In this document: one piece after another, positions 17,212 through 27,338 of the stretch | Layout of the letters: each line of letters opens with the position of its first letter | How positions within the stretch are numbered: the first letter of the stretch is position 1 | Assembly: GCA_965204735.1 (NCBI GenBank) | Contig: OZ242008.1 | Span: forward strand, 904,191-968,190 | Length of the DNA: 64,000 nt | DNA from: Longimicrobiales bacterium | Lineage (GTDB): Bacteria; Gemmatimonadota; Gemmatimonadetes; Longimicrobiales; Gaopeijiaceae | Direction of reading: 5' to 3' | Position numbers and translations under genes: made by a program | The notes under the pieces: model-generated | Database searches by the model: none | The model's input: only the letters and a program-made list of their open reading frames with translations | What the model was told of the DNA's origin: nothing

Positions 17212-18470
17212 CGGAGCTCGGCTCCACCACGCCAATCCACCTGAACCGGCGAACCGTAGGGTCCTGGGCCCTCTTCGACTTCGCCAACTCCGTCTATCCG
17301 GCGGTCATGACGACGGCCGTCTTCCCGGTCTTCTACGTCCAGCACGTAGTGGGAGGAGACGGCGGCGAAGGGGAGCTGTGGTGGAGCTGGGCTGTGGCGC
17401 TGTCGGCGCTGCTCGTCGCCTTCTCCACCCCGTTCTTGGGCGCGCTCGCCGACCGCGCAGGCGCCCGCAAGCGCTTCTTCGTCTCCTACGTGGTGCTCTG
17501 CCTGGCCGGCGTCGCCGCCATGTCCACGCTGGAGGCGGGCATGGTCGTCCGGGGCTTCCTGCTCTTTGTGGTCGCGAACGTGGGCTTCGAGAGCGCCCTG
17601 GTCTTCTACAACTCCTACTTGCCCAGCATCGCGCCGCCCGAGAAGCAGGGACGGGTCTCGGGCCTCGGCTTCGGCGTGGGCTACGTGGGCTCGGCGCTGG
17701 GCCTGATGATGGCGATTCCGTTCGTGGACACGATTTGGATCGTCTGGCTCCTGGTCGCCGGCTTCTTCCTCCTCTTCTCCCTGCCCGCGTTCTTCTTCCT
17801 TCCCGCCGACAAGGGTCGGCGCAACGACGCCCCGGCCTCGACCGAACCCGGAGCACAGCAGAGTCTGGCCGCAATCGTCGTCGAAGTCTGGCGGCTCAAG
17901 AACCTCAGGAACTTCCTCGTCTCCTACTTCTTCTACATCGACGGCGTTCTGACGATCATCGCCATGGCCGGCGTCGTCGCGGTCGGCACCTTCGGGTTCG
18001 ACCAAGAAGGCGTGATCGTGCTGTTCTTGATCGTGCAGTTCTCTGCCCTGATCGGCGCCTTCGCCCTCGCCAAGCCCACCGACAGAGCCGGTCCCAAGAA
18101 GGTGCTCGGCGGCGTGCTGACGCTCTGGATCGCGGCGGGCGTCGCGGCGTACTTCATCCAGGGCCAAACCGCGTTCTACGTGCTGGCCATCATCGCCGGA
18201 CTGGGCCTGGGCTCCGTCCAGTCCGCCAGCCGCGCCGCCATGGCGTCCCTGATCCCCAAGGGCAAGGAGGCCGAGATGTTCGGCTTCTACGCCCTGTGCG
18301 GGAAGTCCTCGTCGGTGCTGGGACCGCTGCTCTTCGGCGGCGTCACCTATCTGGTCGGCGGGAATCAGCGCCCCGGCTTCCTGGTCCTGACCGCCCTCTT
18401 CGTCGTCGGCCTGATCCTCCTTCAGCGAGTCCGCGACCCGAAGGCTCCGGCTACTCCTTCCTACCGATAG
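17208..18470 (+). CDS. MFS transporter (UMF1/Atg22-like family)
   Basis: It has 'GSWALFDFANSVYPAVMTTAVFPVFY' and about 12 predicted hydrophobic helices. Confidence 0.75.
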   Translation: MTELGSTTPIHLNRRTVGSWALFDFANSVYPAVMTTAVFPVFYVQHVVGGDGGEGELWWSWAVALSALLVAFSTPFLGALADRAGARKRFFVSYVVLCLAGVAAMSTLEAGMVVRGFLLFVVANVGFESALVFYNSYLPSIAPPEKQGRVSGLGFGVGYVGSALGLMMAIPFVDTIWIVWLLVAGFFLLFSLPAFFFLPADKGRRNDAPASTEPGAQQSLAAIVVEVWRLKNLRNFLVSYFFYIDGVLTIIAMAGVVAVGTFGFDQEGVIVLFLIVQFSALIGAFALAKPTDRAGPKKVLGGVLTLWIAAGVAAYFIQGQTAFYVLAIIAGLGLGSVQSASRAAMASLIPKGKEAEMFGFYALCGKSSSVLGPLLFGGVTYLVGGNQRPGFLVLTALFVVGLILLQRVRDPKAPATPSYR

Positions 18471-19590
18471 CTCCGCCCCACGCGAAGGCGGCGACTCCGC
18501 CCGGGTGGTCCTTCCAAGCGTCCAGCGAGCGACGCCACGCCTCGAACTGCTCCGGGGCGACGACGCCGTGCTTGGTGGCCGCCTCCACGACGTCCGCTCC
18601 GAAGAACCACTCGCGGAGGAAGCCGTGGAAGAACTCCCTGTCCGCATCGGTGTGGAAGAGTTCGAAGGAGCCGTTCGCCTCCACCTCCGCGAAGCCGGCG
18701 TCGCGCAGGATTCCCTTGATCTTCGTGCCCATCTGGGGGTGACCGCCGTTGCCGGCCAAGAGGGCGGCGTAGGCGCCCCATGCCTGGTGCAGGCTGTCGA
18801 AGTCGGGTTCGATGAACGAGGAGGCGGTGTTCAGCTCCCGGACCGAGACGATGCCGCCGGGCTTCAGCACCCTCGCGACCTCGGCGAGGGCGGATGCGGT
18901 GTCGGGCACGTGCATGAGGACGGCGTTGCAGTGCACGACGTCGAACCAGCAATCCTCGAAGGGCAGGTCCGTCGCGTCGCCGACCTGAAAGGTGGCGTTC
19001 TCGTGGCCTCCCGCCTTGGCCGCCTCGGTCGCGGCCACCACCTGGGACGCCTCCACGTCGATCCCGTGGAGCTCGCCGGGGTCCACCGCCTTCGCCAAGC
19101 CGACCGAGATCGTGCCCTGTCCGCACCCGAAGTCGAGTACCCGCATTCCCGGACGCAGAAGGGGAAGAAGGTCGGCCGCGTGGGTCTCCGCGCTCCGACG
19201 CTTGAGCACCTGAAGAAACTCCTCGCCGTAGCCCATCGTGTAGGCAGGCCGGGGAGGATCGTCGGTTGCCGGCCCGCCGGGCGCCGGCCCGTCCGGTGGG
19301 GCGCCCCGATCTGATCCTTCGCGGTCTCCGGAGTCGCGCAGCGTGTCCCTCAGCTTCGCGTATCCTGTCCGCAGCTCGTCGGCCAGCCCCTCGGCCGTCG
19401 CCCGCACGTCTTCGGTGACTTCGCTGAGCTCGATCTCCGACAGGCGGGCCACGAACGACTTCCACTTGACCTCCATGCCGTCCAGCTCGTCGCGGACCTC
19501 CTCCGTCGCCCGGCGAGCCCTGCGGCGAAGTTCGTTCCGCTCGCCTTCCAGCCGCGATCTGAGATGCTCGACCCGTTCCTTCCAATCCAT
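18451..19590 (-). CDS. Class I SAM-dependent methyltransferase with N-terminal coiled-coil/charged extension
   Basis: It has 'RVLDFGCGQGTISVGLA' (motif I) and 'LKPGGIVSVRE'. RBS aaggaga lies upstream of ATG 19590. The rest of ORF 18451..20559 is antisense to the arsM-like gene and is rejected. Confidence 0.75.
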   Translation of the reverse strand: MDWKERVEHLRSRLEGERNELRRRARRATEEVRDELDGMEVKWKSFVARLSEIELSEVTEDVRATAEGLADELRTGYAKLRDTLRDSGDREGSDRGAPPDGPAPGGPATDDPPRPAYTMGYGEEFLQVLKRRSAETHAADLLPLLRPGMRVLDFGCGQGTISVGLAKAVDPGELHGIDVEASQVVAATEAAKAGGHENATFQVGDATDLPFEDCWFDVVHCNAVLMHVPDTASALAEVARVLKPGGIVSVRELNTASSFIEPDFDSLHQAWGAYAALLAGNGGHPQMGTKIKGILRDAGFAEVEANGSFELFHTDADREFFHGFLREWFFGADVVEAATKHGVVAPEQFEAWRRSLDAWKDHPGGVAAFAWGGAIGRKE

Positions 19591-19728
19591 CTTGCCCGTC
19601 TCCTTGGCGCGCCGATCGGGCCGCGGGTTGTCCGCCGCCCCGCGAAACATGATCGTATGTACCTTCCACTTCAAGGAGGCTGGGGAGACATCGCAGGCTT
19701 GGGAGAAGCCACAACGGAGGTGAATCGA

Positions 19729-20595
19729 ATGTCGATAGATGCGAGCGAGCTCCGTCGCGCCGTCCGTGATCGCTACGGCAGAGCGGCGGTGGAGGAGCAG
19801 GGGTGCTGCGGCCCGTCCAGCTGCGGCTGCGGGTCGGCGGAGGCGTCGCAGGCCGGCGAGGACGGCGGCGTGGCCACGGCGGACCAGATCGGGCGAGCAG
19901 TGGGATACGACGACGGCGAGCTGTCGAGCGTCCCCGAGGGGGCCAACCTGGGGCTGGGGTGCGGGAATCCCGTCGCCGTGGCCTCTCTGGCGCCGGGGGA
20001 AACGGTGGTCGACCTGGGATCGGGCGCCGGCTTCGACTGCTTCCTGGCGGCGGCGCGGGTCGGTCCAGCGGGGAAGGTGGTCGGCGTGGACATGACCCCC
20101 GAGATGGTGGAGCGCGCCCGCGACAATCAGGTCAAGGGCGGCTTCGCCAACGTCGAGTTTCGGCTGGGCGAGATCGAAGCGCTGCCCGTGGCCGACGGCC
20201 AGGCCGACGTCGTGATCTCGAACTGCGTCCTCAACCTCTCTTCGGACCGTCCGCGCGTGCTTGCGGAGGCGATGCGCGTGCTCAAGCCGGGAGGCAGGCT
20301 GATGATCTCCGACTTGGTTTCGGAGACGGAAGCGCCCGCCTTCGTCGCCGCGTCCAAGGAGGCGCTGGTGGGGTGCCTCCCCGTGCTCGCCTCGGAGTAC
20401 GAACGGGACTTGGCGGAGGCTGGCTTCCAGGACGTGAGAGTCGAGCAGGGCCGGCCCTACCCGGCGGAGCACATCTTCGGCGACCCCCAAGTGCAGGCCG
20501 TGGTGCGGGACGACTCCGAACGGGCCGCCGAAGCGAGGGCCTTTGCCGAGTCGATCCACGGAGGCGTCATCCAGGCGGTGAAGCCGCGGCCGTGA
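19729..20595 (+). CDS. arsM: Arsenite S-adenosylmethionine methyltransferase-like protein
   Basis: It has Cys-rich '[15 protein letters not shown]', 'GLGCGNP', '[13 protein letters not shown]', 'VISNCVLNL' and '[11 protein letters not shown]'. RBS ggagg precedes ATG 19729. Confidence 0.75.
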   Translation: MSIDASELRRAVRDRYGRAAVEEQGCCGPSSCGCGSAEASQAGEDGGVATADQIGRAVGYDDGELSSVPEGANLGLGCGNPVAVASLAPGETVVDLGSGAGFDCFLAAARVGPAGKVVGVDMTPEMVERARDNQVKGGFANVEFRLGEIEALPVADGQADVVISNCVLNLSSDRPRVLAEAMRVLKPGGRLMISDLVSETEAPAFVAASKEALVGCLPVLASEYERDLAEAGFQDVRVEQGRPYPAEHIFGDPQVQAVVRDDSERAAEARAFAESIHGGVIQAVKPRP

Positions 20596-21101
20596 CTTCG
20601 CCGTCGCGGCCCGAGCAGCCCCCCAAGCAGCCTTCGGAGTCGGTGTCGGTCATCTCCGAACTCATGATGCCGCACCAGGTCAACAACGCCGGCAACATCT
20701 TCGGCGGCGAGCTGCTGGCGATGGTGGACCGCGTCGCGGCCGTCTGCGCCATGCGCCACGCCGGCCAGCCGTGCCTGACGATCGCCATCGACCGGGTCGA
20801 CTTTCGGGAGCCGATCTTCGCCGGCGAGCTGGTGACCTGCACCGCCCGGGTCAACTTCGTCGGCCGGACCTCGATGGAGATCGGCGTCGACGTGGAGGCC
20901 GAAGACCTGTTGTCGGGAGCGAAGCGGCGCACCAACACGTGTCTGTTGACCTTCGTGGCCGTCGGGACCGACGGCCGCCCCGTGCCCGTGCCTTCCCTGA
21001 GCCTGTGCGACAACGCCGCCGAGCGCCGCTTCAACGAAGGGAAGTTCCGCCGCAAGCTGCGCTTGGCCCTGGATCGCGGAGTGGTCGAAGAGGAGTCCTA
21101 G
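20592..21101 (+). CDS. Acyl-CoA thioesterase (hotdog fold)
   Basis: It has 'MMPHQVNNAGNIFGGELLAMVDRVAAVCA...IDRVDFREPIFAGELV...VGRTSMEIGV'. The GTG overlaps the upstream TGA. Confidence 0.75.
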   Translation: MTSPSRPEQPPKQPSESVSVISELMMPHQVNNAGNIFGGELLAMVDRVAAVCAMRHAGQPCLTIAIDRVDFREPIFAGELVTCTARVNFVGRTSMEIGVDVEAEDLLSGAKRRTNTCLLTFVAVGTDGRPVPVPSLSLCDNAAERRFNEGKFRRKLRLALDRGVVEEES

Positions 21102-21103
21102 CC

Positions 21104-23020
21104 CTAGCCTAGCCCGTCCCGCGCGCCGCGCCCGCGACCTTGCCGCTCCGCCCGGTACCAGTCCTGCCGCAACCAGTCCGCCAGCAGCCCGATCTCGTCG
21201 TCCGTCAGGACGCCGTCGCGGGCGAACGCCGGCATCCGGTCGTTGCGCTCGCCGTAGAACGTCGGGTGCGCGGGGTCGCCGATGATCCCGAGCAGCCATT
21301 CCCTCGACCCGTAGCCGGTCAGCGCTGGACCCCGCGGGACGTCCACGACGCCCTGGAACTCGTGGCATTCGGTGCAGCCCATCGACTGAGAACGGATCAG
21401 CGCCTCGCCCTCGGCAATCTCGCTTCGGTCGGCGGAATCGGCTGCTGCCTGATAGGACAACGCCGCCTGCGCCGACAGCGCCTTCACCACCTTGGCCAGG
21501 TCCTGCTGCTGCCCGTGGTCGAACCCGGCGACCCGGCGCTGCACCATGCGCACCATGCGTCCTCGGGCGAAGGCGGTGCCGCCGAAGTACTCCGGCGTCG
21601 CGACCCGCACCGGGTCCAAGAGGCCCGCGACCCACTCTCGGCTGGCGAATCCGTTCAGGTCCGGGGCCGTCGGCGGCTCGGCCAGCGCGCGGCCGCGGCC
21701 GTCGTGTCCGTCGAAGGCGTGGCAGCTGGCGCAGCGCTCTGCGAACAAGCGCGGCCCACGGGTCGACGGGTCGCTCCGCAACATGGCCAGGGCGCCGGCC
21801 GGCGGAATGCCCTGCGGTCCCAGCGCGAGCTCGACGGCTCGGGCCGCCTCGGCGCGGGCGTTCTCTTGGGCGAACACGAATTCGGGGTCCTGTCGGTCTT
21901 GGCGGTAGGCCTGCCAAGTGAGCAGCGCCGCTCCGATCAGGACGGCGGCGCCCACGCCCAGGTTGAAGCGGTGGCCCAGGCGCCACCGGCCCGCCACGGG
22001 CATCATCGCCACCAAGCCCAGCACCAGACCGGGGATCGCGATGGCGCCCAGCACCTCCGTGCCCGCCGGGAAGTACTTGAGCCACTGGAAGAGGAACATG
22101 AAGTACCACTCGGGGCGGGCCGCGGCGTACGGCTCGCTGGGGTCGGCGGGCGCTCCCAGCGTCGGACCTCCCGACAGGGCGACCAGCAGCAGCACGGCCG
22201 CCATCACCGCCAAGCACGCCACGGCGTCCCGCAACGCCTGGTCCGGCCAGAAGACTCCGTCCGGCGGGGCGCCGCGCCCGGCTACGGCACGGTCTTGGCC
22301 GCCCCCCGACTCGGCGCCAGTCTTGGCCGCGGCGCGGTCCCGGCCGACCCGCCTTCGCGCCGCCGGCTTCGCCGCCGTCAGGCCGTGTCGCCGGAAGAGG
22401 AAGACGTGCCCCGCCACCAAGAGCACGAGCGCCCCCGGCAGCACGCCGGCGTGGAGCGCGAAAAAGCGGGTCAGGGTCAGGTGGCCGTAGTCGGCGCCGC
22501 CTACCAGCACCTTCTGCAGGGCGGGGCCGATCACCGGCGCGACCGAGGCGATGCTGGTCGCCACCTTGGTGGCCCAGTAGCCCTTCTGGTCCCACGGGAG
22601 CAGGTAGCCCGTGAGCAGCAGCCCCAGCACCACGTGAAGCAGCGCCAACCCGAACCAGAAGTTGACCTCGCGCGGCGCCCGGTACGCGCCGTCCACGACG
22701 ACCTGCATCAGGTGAAGGACCAGCAGCACCACGGTGGCCTGGGCCATGTAGTGATGGATGCCGCGAAGCAGCCAGCCGCCCGCCATGACGTTCTGCACGT
22801 AGTGGACGCTCTCCCACGCGCCCTGCGCATTGGCGCTGTACGCCGCCCACAGCGCCACGCCGGTCGCGAACTGCACGACGATCGCGAACGCCAGCGTGCT
22901 GCCCCACACGTACCGCCACCGCGCGCCTCCCGGCACCGGTTCCACCAAGAGCTTGCGCAGAAGCTCCCGGTACCCGGTCCGGTCGTCCAGCCAAGCCAAG
23001 ACCGGCTTTGCGAAGCTCAC
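21104..23020 (-). CDS. Cytochrome b fused to C-terminal di-haem cytochrome c domain (bc-type complex subunit)
   Basis: The cytochrome b N-terminal part reads 'WRYVWGSTLAFAIVVQFATGVALW...RGIHHYMAQATVVLLVLH...GYLLPWDQKGYWAT'. Two CxxCH motifs are present ('CASCHAF' and 'CTECHEF'). GTG 23020 overlaps the Rieske stop. Confidence 0.8.
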   Translation of the reverse strand: MSFAKPVLAWLDDRTGYRELLRKLLVEPVPGGARWRYVWGSTLAFAIVVQFATGVALWAAYSANAQGAWESVHYVQNVMAGGWLLRGIHHYMAQATVVLLVLHLMQVVVDGAYRAPREVNFWFGLALLHVVLGLLLTGYLLPWDQKGYWATKVATSIASVAPVIGPALQKVLVGGADYGHLTLTRFFALHAGVLPGALVLLVAGHVFLFRRHGLTAAKPAARRRVGRDRAAAKTGAESGGGQDRAVAGRGAPPDGVFWPDQALRDAVACLAVMAAVLLLVALSGGPTLGAPADPSEPYAAARPEWYFMFLFQWLKYFPAGTEVLGAIAIPGLVLGLVAMMPVAGRWRLGHRFNLGVGAAVLIGAALLTWQAYRQDRQDPEFVFAQENARAEAARAVELALGPQGIPPAGALAMLRSDPSTRGPRLFAERCASCHAFDGHDGRGRALAEPPTAPDLNGFASREWVAGLLDPVRVATPEYFGGTAFARGRMVRMVQRRVAGFDHGQQQDLAKVVKALSAQAALSYQAAADSADRSEIAEGEALIRSQSMGCTECHEFQGVVDVPRGPALTGYGSREWLLGIIGDPAHPTFYGERNDRMPAFARDGVLTDDEIGLLADWLRQDWYRAERQGRGRGARDGLG

Positions 23021-23637
23021 GCGACGGGCGTCTTGTTCGGCGTCCCCGGCCGAAAGTTCTGGAAGCGGACCCACACTTCGCCGCCGTCCCGCACCTCGAC
23101 GTCCAGCGCGTCCAAGCCTCGCGGGCTGGGGCTGGACGGATCGTTCACGGCCCCGTCCAGTCCGAAGCTGCTCTTGTGGCAGGGGCACACGAACCGGGAC
23201 CGGTCGGCGGCCAGCGTCACGAAGCACCCCGCGTGAGGGCAGACCACGTTGAACGCCTTGACGCCCGCCGCGTCGCTCCGCCCGGCCGCATCGGGCAAGT
23301 TCTCCGCGTCCGGCCCGTCGTCCGTGCCCTGGGTCGTGCCGCCCCCGCTCTCGAGCCGCCGCAGATAGACTGCCCCCACGGGCACGCTCGCGAAGGTGTT
23401 CCAGGCGTCCACGCGGCTTGCGACCACCGGGAACTTGCGCGGCGCCCCGTCGTCCGGCAGCGCCGACAGCGTCGTGACTCGCACGAACCCCGCCTCCCTG
23501 CGTCGTCGGCGCAAGGGGTCCAGGGCGACACGCAGCCCGGACCAAAGGGGCGCCAGCAGAGCGAGCCCGACCGCTCCCGCTGCCGCCGCGCCCGCCAGGA
23601 AGCGCCGCCGGGCTGTCGAGCCGCTGGAATCCGCCAT
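23017..23637 (-). CDS. Rieske [2Fe-2S] protein with Tat signal
   Basis: It has 'RRRFLAGAAAAG' (twin-arginine), 'CPHAGC' and 'CPCHKSSF'. The start is ambiguous, at ATG 23637 or ATG 23721. Confidence 0.8.
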   Translation of the reverse strand: MADSSGSTARRRFLAGAAAAGAVGLALLAPLWSGLRVALDPLRRRRREAGFVRVTTLSALPDDGAPRKFPVVASRVDAWNTFASVPVGAVYLRRLESGGGTTQGTDDGPDAENLPDAAGRSDAAGVKAFNVVCPHAGCFVTLAADRSRFVCPCHKSSFGLDGAVNDPSSPSPRGLDALDVEVRDGGEVWVRFQNFRPGTPNKTPVA

Positions 23638-24146
23638 CTGCTCTCGGTCAACCCTCTGGGACGCCGTCCTACCCTCCCGCGCTCCGCCGGGGTCGTCGGC
23701 ACTGGGGCGGGAAGAGGCCATGTGGGTTCCCTGCTGAAGGATCGGGGGTCGAAAGAGGCGGGTCGGAACTCGGCGAGCTGCCTGCGCAAGGAAGGCGCCT
23801 GTGGACAGCGTTCTGCGAGCACGCAAGATATTGGTCCCGGCGGTCGCGGCGGGCAACATCCCGGGCCGTCGTCGCCACGACGTCGACCTGCGCATCGGAC
23901 GTGCCGTCGCCGAACGCCAGGACGCGCCGGCTTGGGGGGACGTCGGCCCGGCGGCGGCGGGAGGCGGCCAAGGCCCGGGCGGCTGTTCCCCGCACTCGGT
24001 TCGGCCTATCATGTATCCGTCGGCGTCGCCCCCGCGCCCGCGGACCGACTGCGATCACCGCTTGCACGAGGACGGCTCGATGAGCGTCGCCCCTCGCGCC
24101 CCGCGGACCGACCACCTGCCACGCACAGCCCCCAAGGGACCCGCCA

Positions 24147-27100
24147 ATGATCAGGATCGCGCGCCTCGTCGCCGTCGCTGCCGCCGTCGCAACCACCTCA
24201 CTGGCAGGACTCGCGCCGCCCGCGCCCGGCAGCGCCCAGAGCGCGAGCAGCGCCGACAGCCCGAACGCCTACCCGGAGAGCCTCTTCGCCGGATTGCGCT
24301 ACCGCTACGTGGGGCCGTCGAGGGGAGGACGGGTCACGGCCGTGGCGGGACACCGGGCGCATCCGTCCACCTTCTACATGGGGGCCACCGGCGGCGGCGT
24401 CTGGAAGACGACCGACTACGGCCACGTCTGGCGGAACCTCTCCGACGGCTACTTCGCCACTGCGTCCATAGGGGCGATCCGGGTCGCCGACTCGGACCCC
24501 AGCGTGGTCTACGTCTCCACGGGCTCCGACGGCATCCGCAGCAACGTCATCATCGGCACGGGCGTCTACAAGTCCACCGACGCGGGAGAGAGCTGGCGCC
24601 ACATGGGCTTGGAGCGGACGGGCAACACCGGCGCGATACTGATTCACTCCGAGGACCCGGAGCTGGTGTACGTGGCGGCGATCGGCAACCCCTTCGCGCC
24701 GAACCCGGAGCGGGGCGTCTACCGAAGCCGCGACGGCGGCGACAGCTGGGAGAACGTCCTCTTCGTCTCCGACAGCACGGGCGCGGTGGACCTGGAGTTC
24801 GCGCCCGACGACCCGTCCACGATCTACGCCAGCATGTGGCGCGGCGAACGCAAGCCCTGGACGATCATCTCCGGGGCGATGGAGGGCGGGGTCTACCGCT
24901 CCACCGACGGCGGCGACAGCTGGGAGCAGGCCACGGCCGGCCTCCCCACCGGCCTTCGCGGCAAGTCGGACTTGGCGGTGAGCGCCGCAGACCCGGACCG
25001 GGTGTACGTCCTCATGGAAGCGCCGGCCGACAGCGGCGGCGTCTTCCGTTCCGACGACCGGGGAGTCACGTGGCGGCACGTCTCGGACTTCGGCCCCATC
25101 CGCACCCGCGCCTTCTACTACACCAACCTGGAGGCGCACCCCACCGACCCCGACGTGCTCTGGGGAATGACCGAGGGCCATTGGATGTCCACCGACGGCG
25201 GCGAGAGCTGGACCGCCCAGCCCACGCCCCACGGGGACAACCACGACATGTGGATCAACCCGGACAACCCGGAGATCATGGTCCAGTCGAACGACGGCGG
25301 CGCGAACGTGTCGCTGGACGGCGGCGAGACCTGGTCCACCCAGTACAACCAGCCCACGGCCGAGCTCTACCAGGTCGACGTCTCCGACGACTTCCCGTAC
25401 CGGCTGTACGCGGGCCAGCAGGACAACTCGACGATCTCCGTGCCCAGCCTTCCCGAGCGTTCCGAGCCCGGCGGTCCCCAATCGGCGTGGGAAGCCCACG
25501 GCGGATGCGAGACCGGTCCCGTGGTGCCCAAGCCCGGCGACCCGGAGATCGTGTACGCCAACTGCAAGGGCCGGTTCGGGCTCTACAACCGGCGGACGGG
25601 ACAGGAGAAGCAGTACTACGTCGGCTTTGCCAACCTGTACGGCCACAACCCGAGGGACCTGGAGTTCCGCTTCCAGCGGGTGGTGCCGATCCACGTGTCG
25701 CCTCACGATCCGAACAAGGTGTACCACGGCTCCCAGTACGTGCACGTGACCACCAACGGGGGAGAGCTCTGGGAGACGATATCTCCGGACCTGACCGCGT
25801 TCACGCCCGAGACTCAGGTCGTGTCGGGGACGCCGATCACTCTCGACGTGACCGGCGAGGAGCACTTCTCGGTGCTCTACGACATCCAGGAATCGGTGCT
25901 GGAGCCGGGCGTGATCTGGGCGGGCGCCAACGACGGCCCGGTCCACGTGACTCGCGACGGCGGCGAGAACTGGGCGGACGCGACTCCGCCGGGGATCGGC
26001 CCCTACGGGCGAGTGCAGACGATCGCCGTGTCCCACCACGATCCGGCCAAGGCCTACGTCGCCGTCCTCCGCTACCAGCTGGGCGACTTTGCGCCGTACG
26101 CCTACCGGACCAACGACTACGGCGCGAGCTGGACGCGCATCACCACCGGCGACAACGGCGTCCCCGGCGATCATCCCGTGCGGGTCCTGCGCGAGGATCC
26201 GGAGAGGGAGGGCCTGCTTTACCTGGGAACCGAGTTCGGCGTGTTCGTGTCCTTCGACGACGGCGGCCGCTGGCAGCCCTTCCAGCTCAACCTGCCGGTC
26301 ACCCCGATCACCGACATGAAGGTGGTGCAGGGCGACTTGGCGCTCTCCACGATGGGACGCGGCTTCTGGATACTCGACAACCTGACGCCGCTTCACTCCT
26401 TGGACGCCGGGACGGCCGACGGCGGCGCTCACTTCTTCCCGGTGCGCGACCCCTACCGGCACCGCTACGGCGGCGGTGGCGGCGGGCGCTTCGGTCGGCG
26501 GGCGCCCCACTTGCCCGAGTACCCGCCCGCGGGCGCCAACATCGACTACGTGTTGCCCGAGGGGGCCGCAGGGCCGTTGACGCTGGAGATCGTGGACGCG
26601 GACGGGGCCGTGGTGCGCTCCTTTTCCAGCGACGCTCCCGGCGAGTACGAGGTCCCGGCCGAGCCCGGAATGCGGGAGTGGCGGCTGGAGCGCTTCGGCA
26701 CGCCGCGCCTGCCGGTTGGCCCCGGCGCTCACCGCTTCGTCTGGGACTTGGCCTACCCGGGGCCGTGGGACGCGAACCCGAACCGCTCGGGGCGCGGCGG
26801 CCCCATGGTCCCGCCGGGCGCCTACACGGCGCGCCTGACAGCTGGCGAGTGGAGCGCAAGCCAGAGCTTCGACGTGCGGATGGACCCGCGAGTCGTGGAC
26901 GAAGGCGTCGGCGCGGCCGAGGTGCGGCGGCAGGTCCACTTGGCGCTCCAGGTCCGGGACGCCCTGAGCGACGCCCGCCTGGCGGTCCGTCGCATCGGAG
27001 AAGCCCGGGAGCAGGGCGGCGGCAGCCTCTCCGCCGAAGTGGAGGCTGTCGAGCGCGAGCTGGTCACGGCTCCGATCCGCTACTCCCGTCCCATGCTTGT

Positions 27101-27263
27101 GGACCAGCTCCAGTACCTGTACGGCAACCTGACCCGCGCCGACCAGGAGCCGGGCCAGGACGCGGTCCGCCGCTACGAGCAGCTCGACGCCGCGCTGCAG
27201 GAGCACGTCCGCGCGCTGGAGCGGCTGCTGCGGGCCACGGTGTCGGACGGGAGCCCGGAGTGA
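24147..27263 (+). CDS. Sortilin/VPS10-like BNR (Asp-box) repeat protein, secreted
   Basis: It has a signal peptide 'MIRIARLVAVAAAVATTSLAG'. About 10 SxDxGxxW Asp-boxes are present (e.g. 'STDAGESW', 'SRDGGDSW', 'STDGGDSW', 'SLDGGETW'). Confidence 0.8.
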   Translation: MIRIARLVAVAAAVATTSLAGLAPPAPGSAQSASSADSPNAYPESLFAGLRYRYVGPSRGGRVTAVAGHRAHPSTFYMGATGGGVWKTTDYGHVWRNLSDGYFATASIGAIRVADSDPSVVYVSTGSDGIRSNVIIGTGVYKSTDAGESWRHMGLERTGNTGAILIHSEDPELVYVAAIGNPFAPNPERGVYRSRDGGDSWENVLFVSDSTGAVDLEFAPDDPSTIYASMWRGERKPWTIISGAMEGGVYRSTDGGDSWEQATAGLPTGLRGKSDLAVSAADPDRVYVLMEAPADSGGVFRSDDRGVTWRHVSDFGPIRTRAFYYTNLEAHPTDPDVLWGMTEGHWMSTDGGESWTAQPTPHGDNHDMWINPDNPEIMVQSNDGGANVSLDGGETWSTQYNQPTAELYQVDVSDDFPYRLYAGQQDNSTISVPSLPERSEPGGPQSAWEAHGGCETGPVVPKPGDPEIVYANCKGRFGLYNRRTGQEKQYYVGFANLYGHNPRDLEFRFQRVVPIHVSPHDPNKVYHGSQYVHVTTNGGELWETISPDLTAFTPETQVVSGTPITLDVTGEEHFSVLYDIQESVLEPGVIWAGANDGPVHVTRDGGENWADATPPGIGPYGRVQTIAVSHHDPAKAYVAVLRYQLGDFAPYAYRTNDYGASWTRITTGDNGVPGDHPVRVLREDPEREGLLYLGTEFGVFVSFDDGGRWQPFQLNLPVTPITDMKVVQGDLALSTMGRGFWILDNLTPLHSLDAGTADGGAHFFPVRDPYRHRYGGGGGGRFGRRAPHLPEYPPAGANIDYVLPEGAAGPLTLEIVDADGAVVRSFSSDAPGEYEVPAEPGMREWRLERFGTPRLPVGPGAHRFVWDLAYPGPWDANPNRSGRGGPMVPPGAYTARLTAGEWSASQSFDVRMDPRVVDEGVGAAEVRRQVHLALQVRDALSDARLAVRRIGEAREQGGGSLSAEVEAVERELVTAPIRYSRPMLVDQLQYLYGNLTRADQEPGQDAVRRYEQLDAALQEHVRALERLLRATVSDGSPE

Positions 27264-27338
27264 CGTCTGCCGTGCCGGCGTCTCGCGCTTGCTGCCGGAC
27301 GTGCGCGAGGGGCTGTTGGTGAGACAAGGTTCCGGCAC

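Noticed and set aside
18451-20559. A single 702-aa ORF spanning the methyltransferase and the region antisense to the arsM-like gene.
   Set aside because: Only the C-terminal 379 aa, from ATG 19590 with RBS aaggaga, shows methyltransferase motifs. The upstream part overlaps the well-supported plus-strand arsM-like CDS and looks like antisense read-through.
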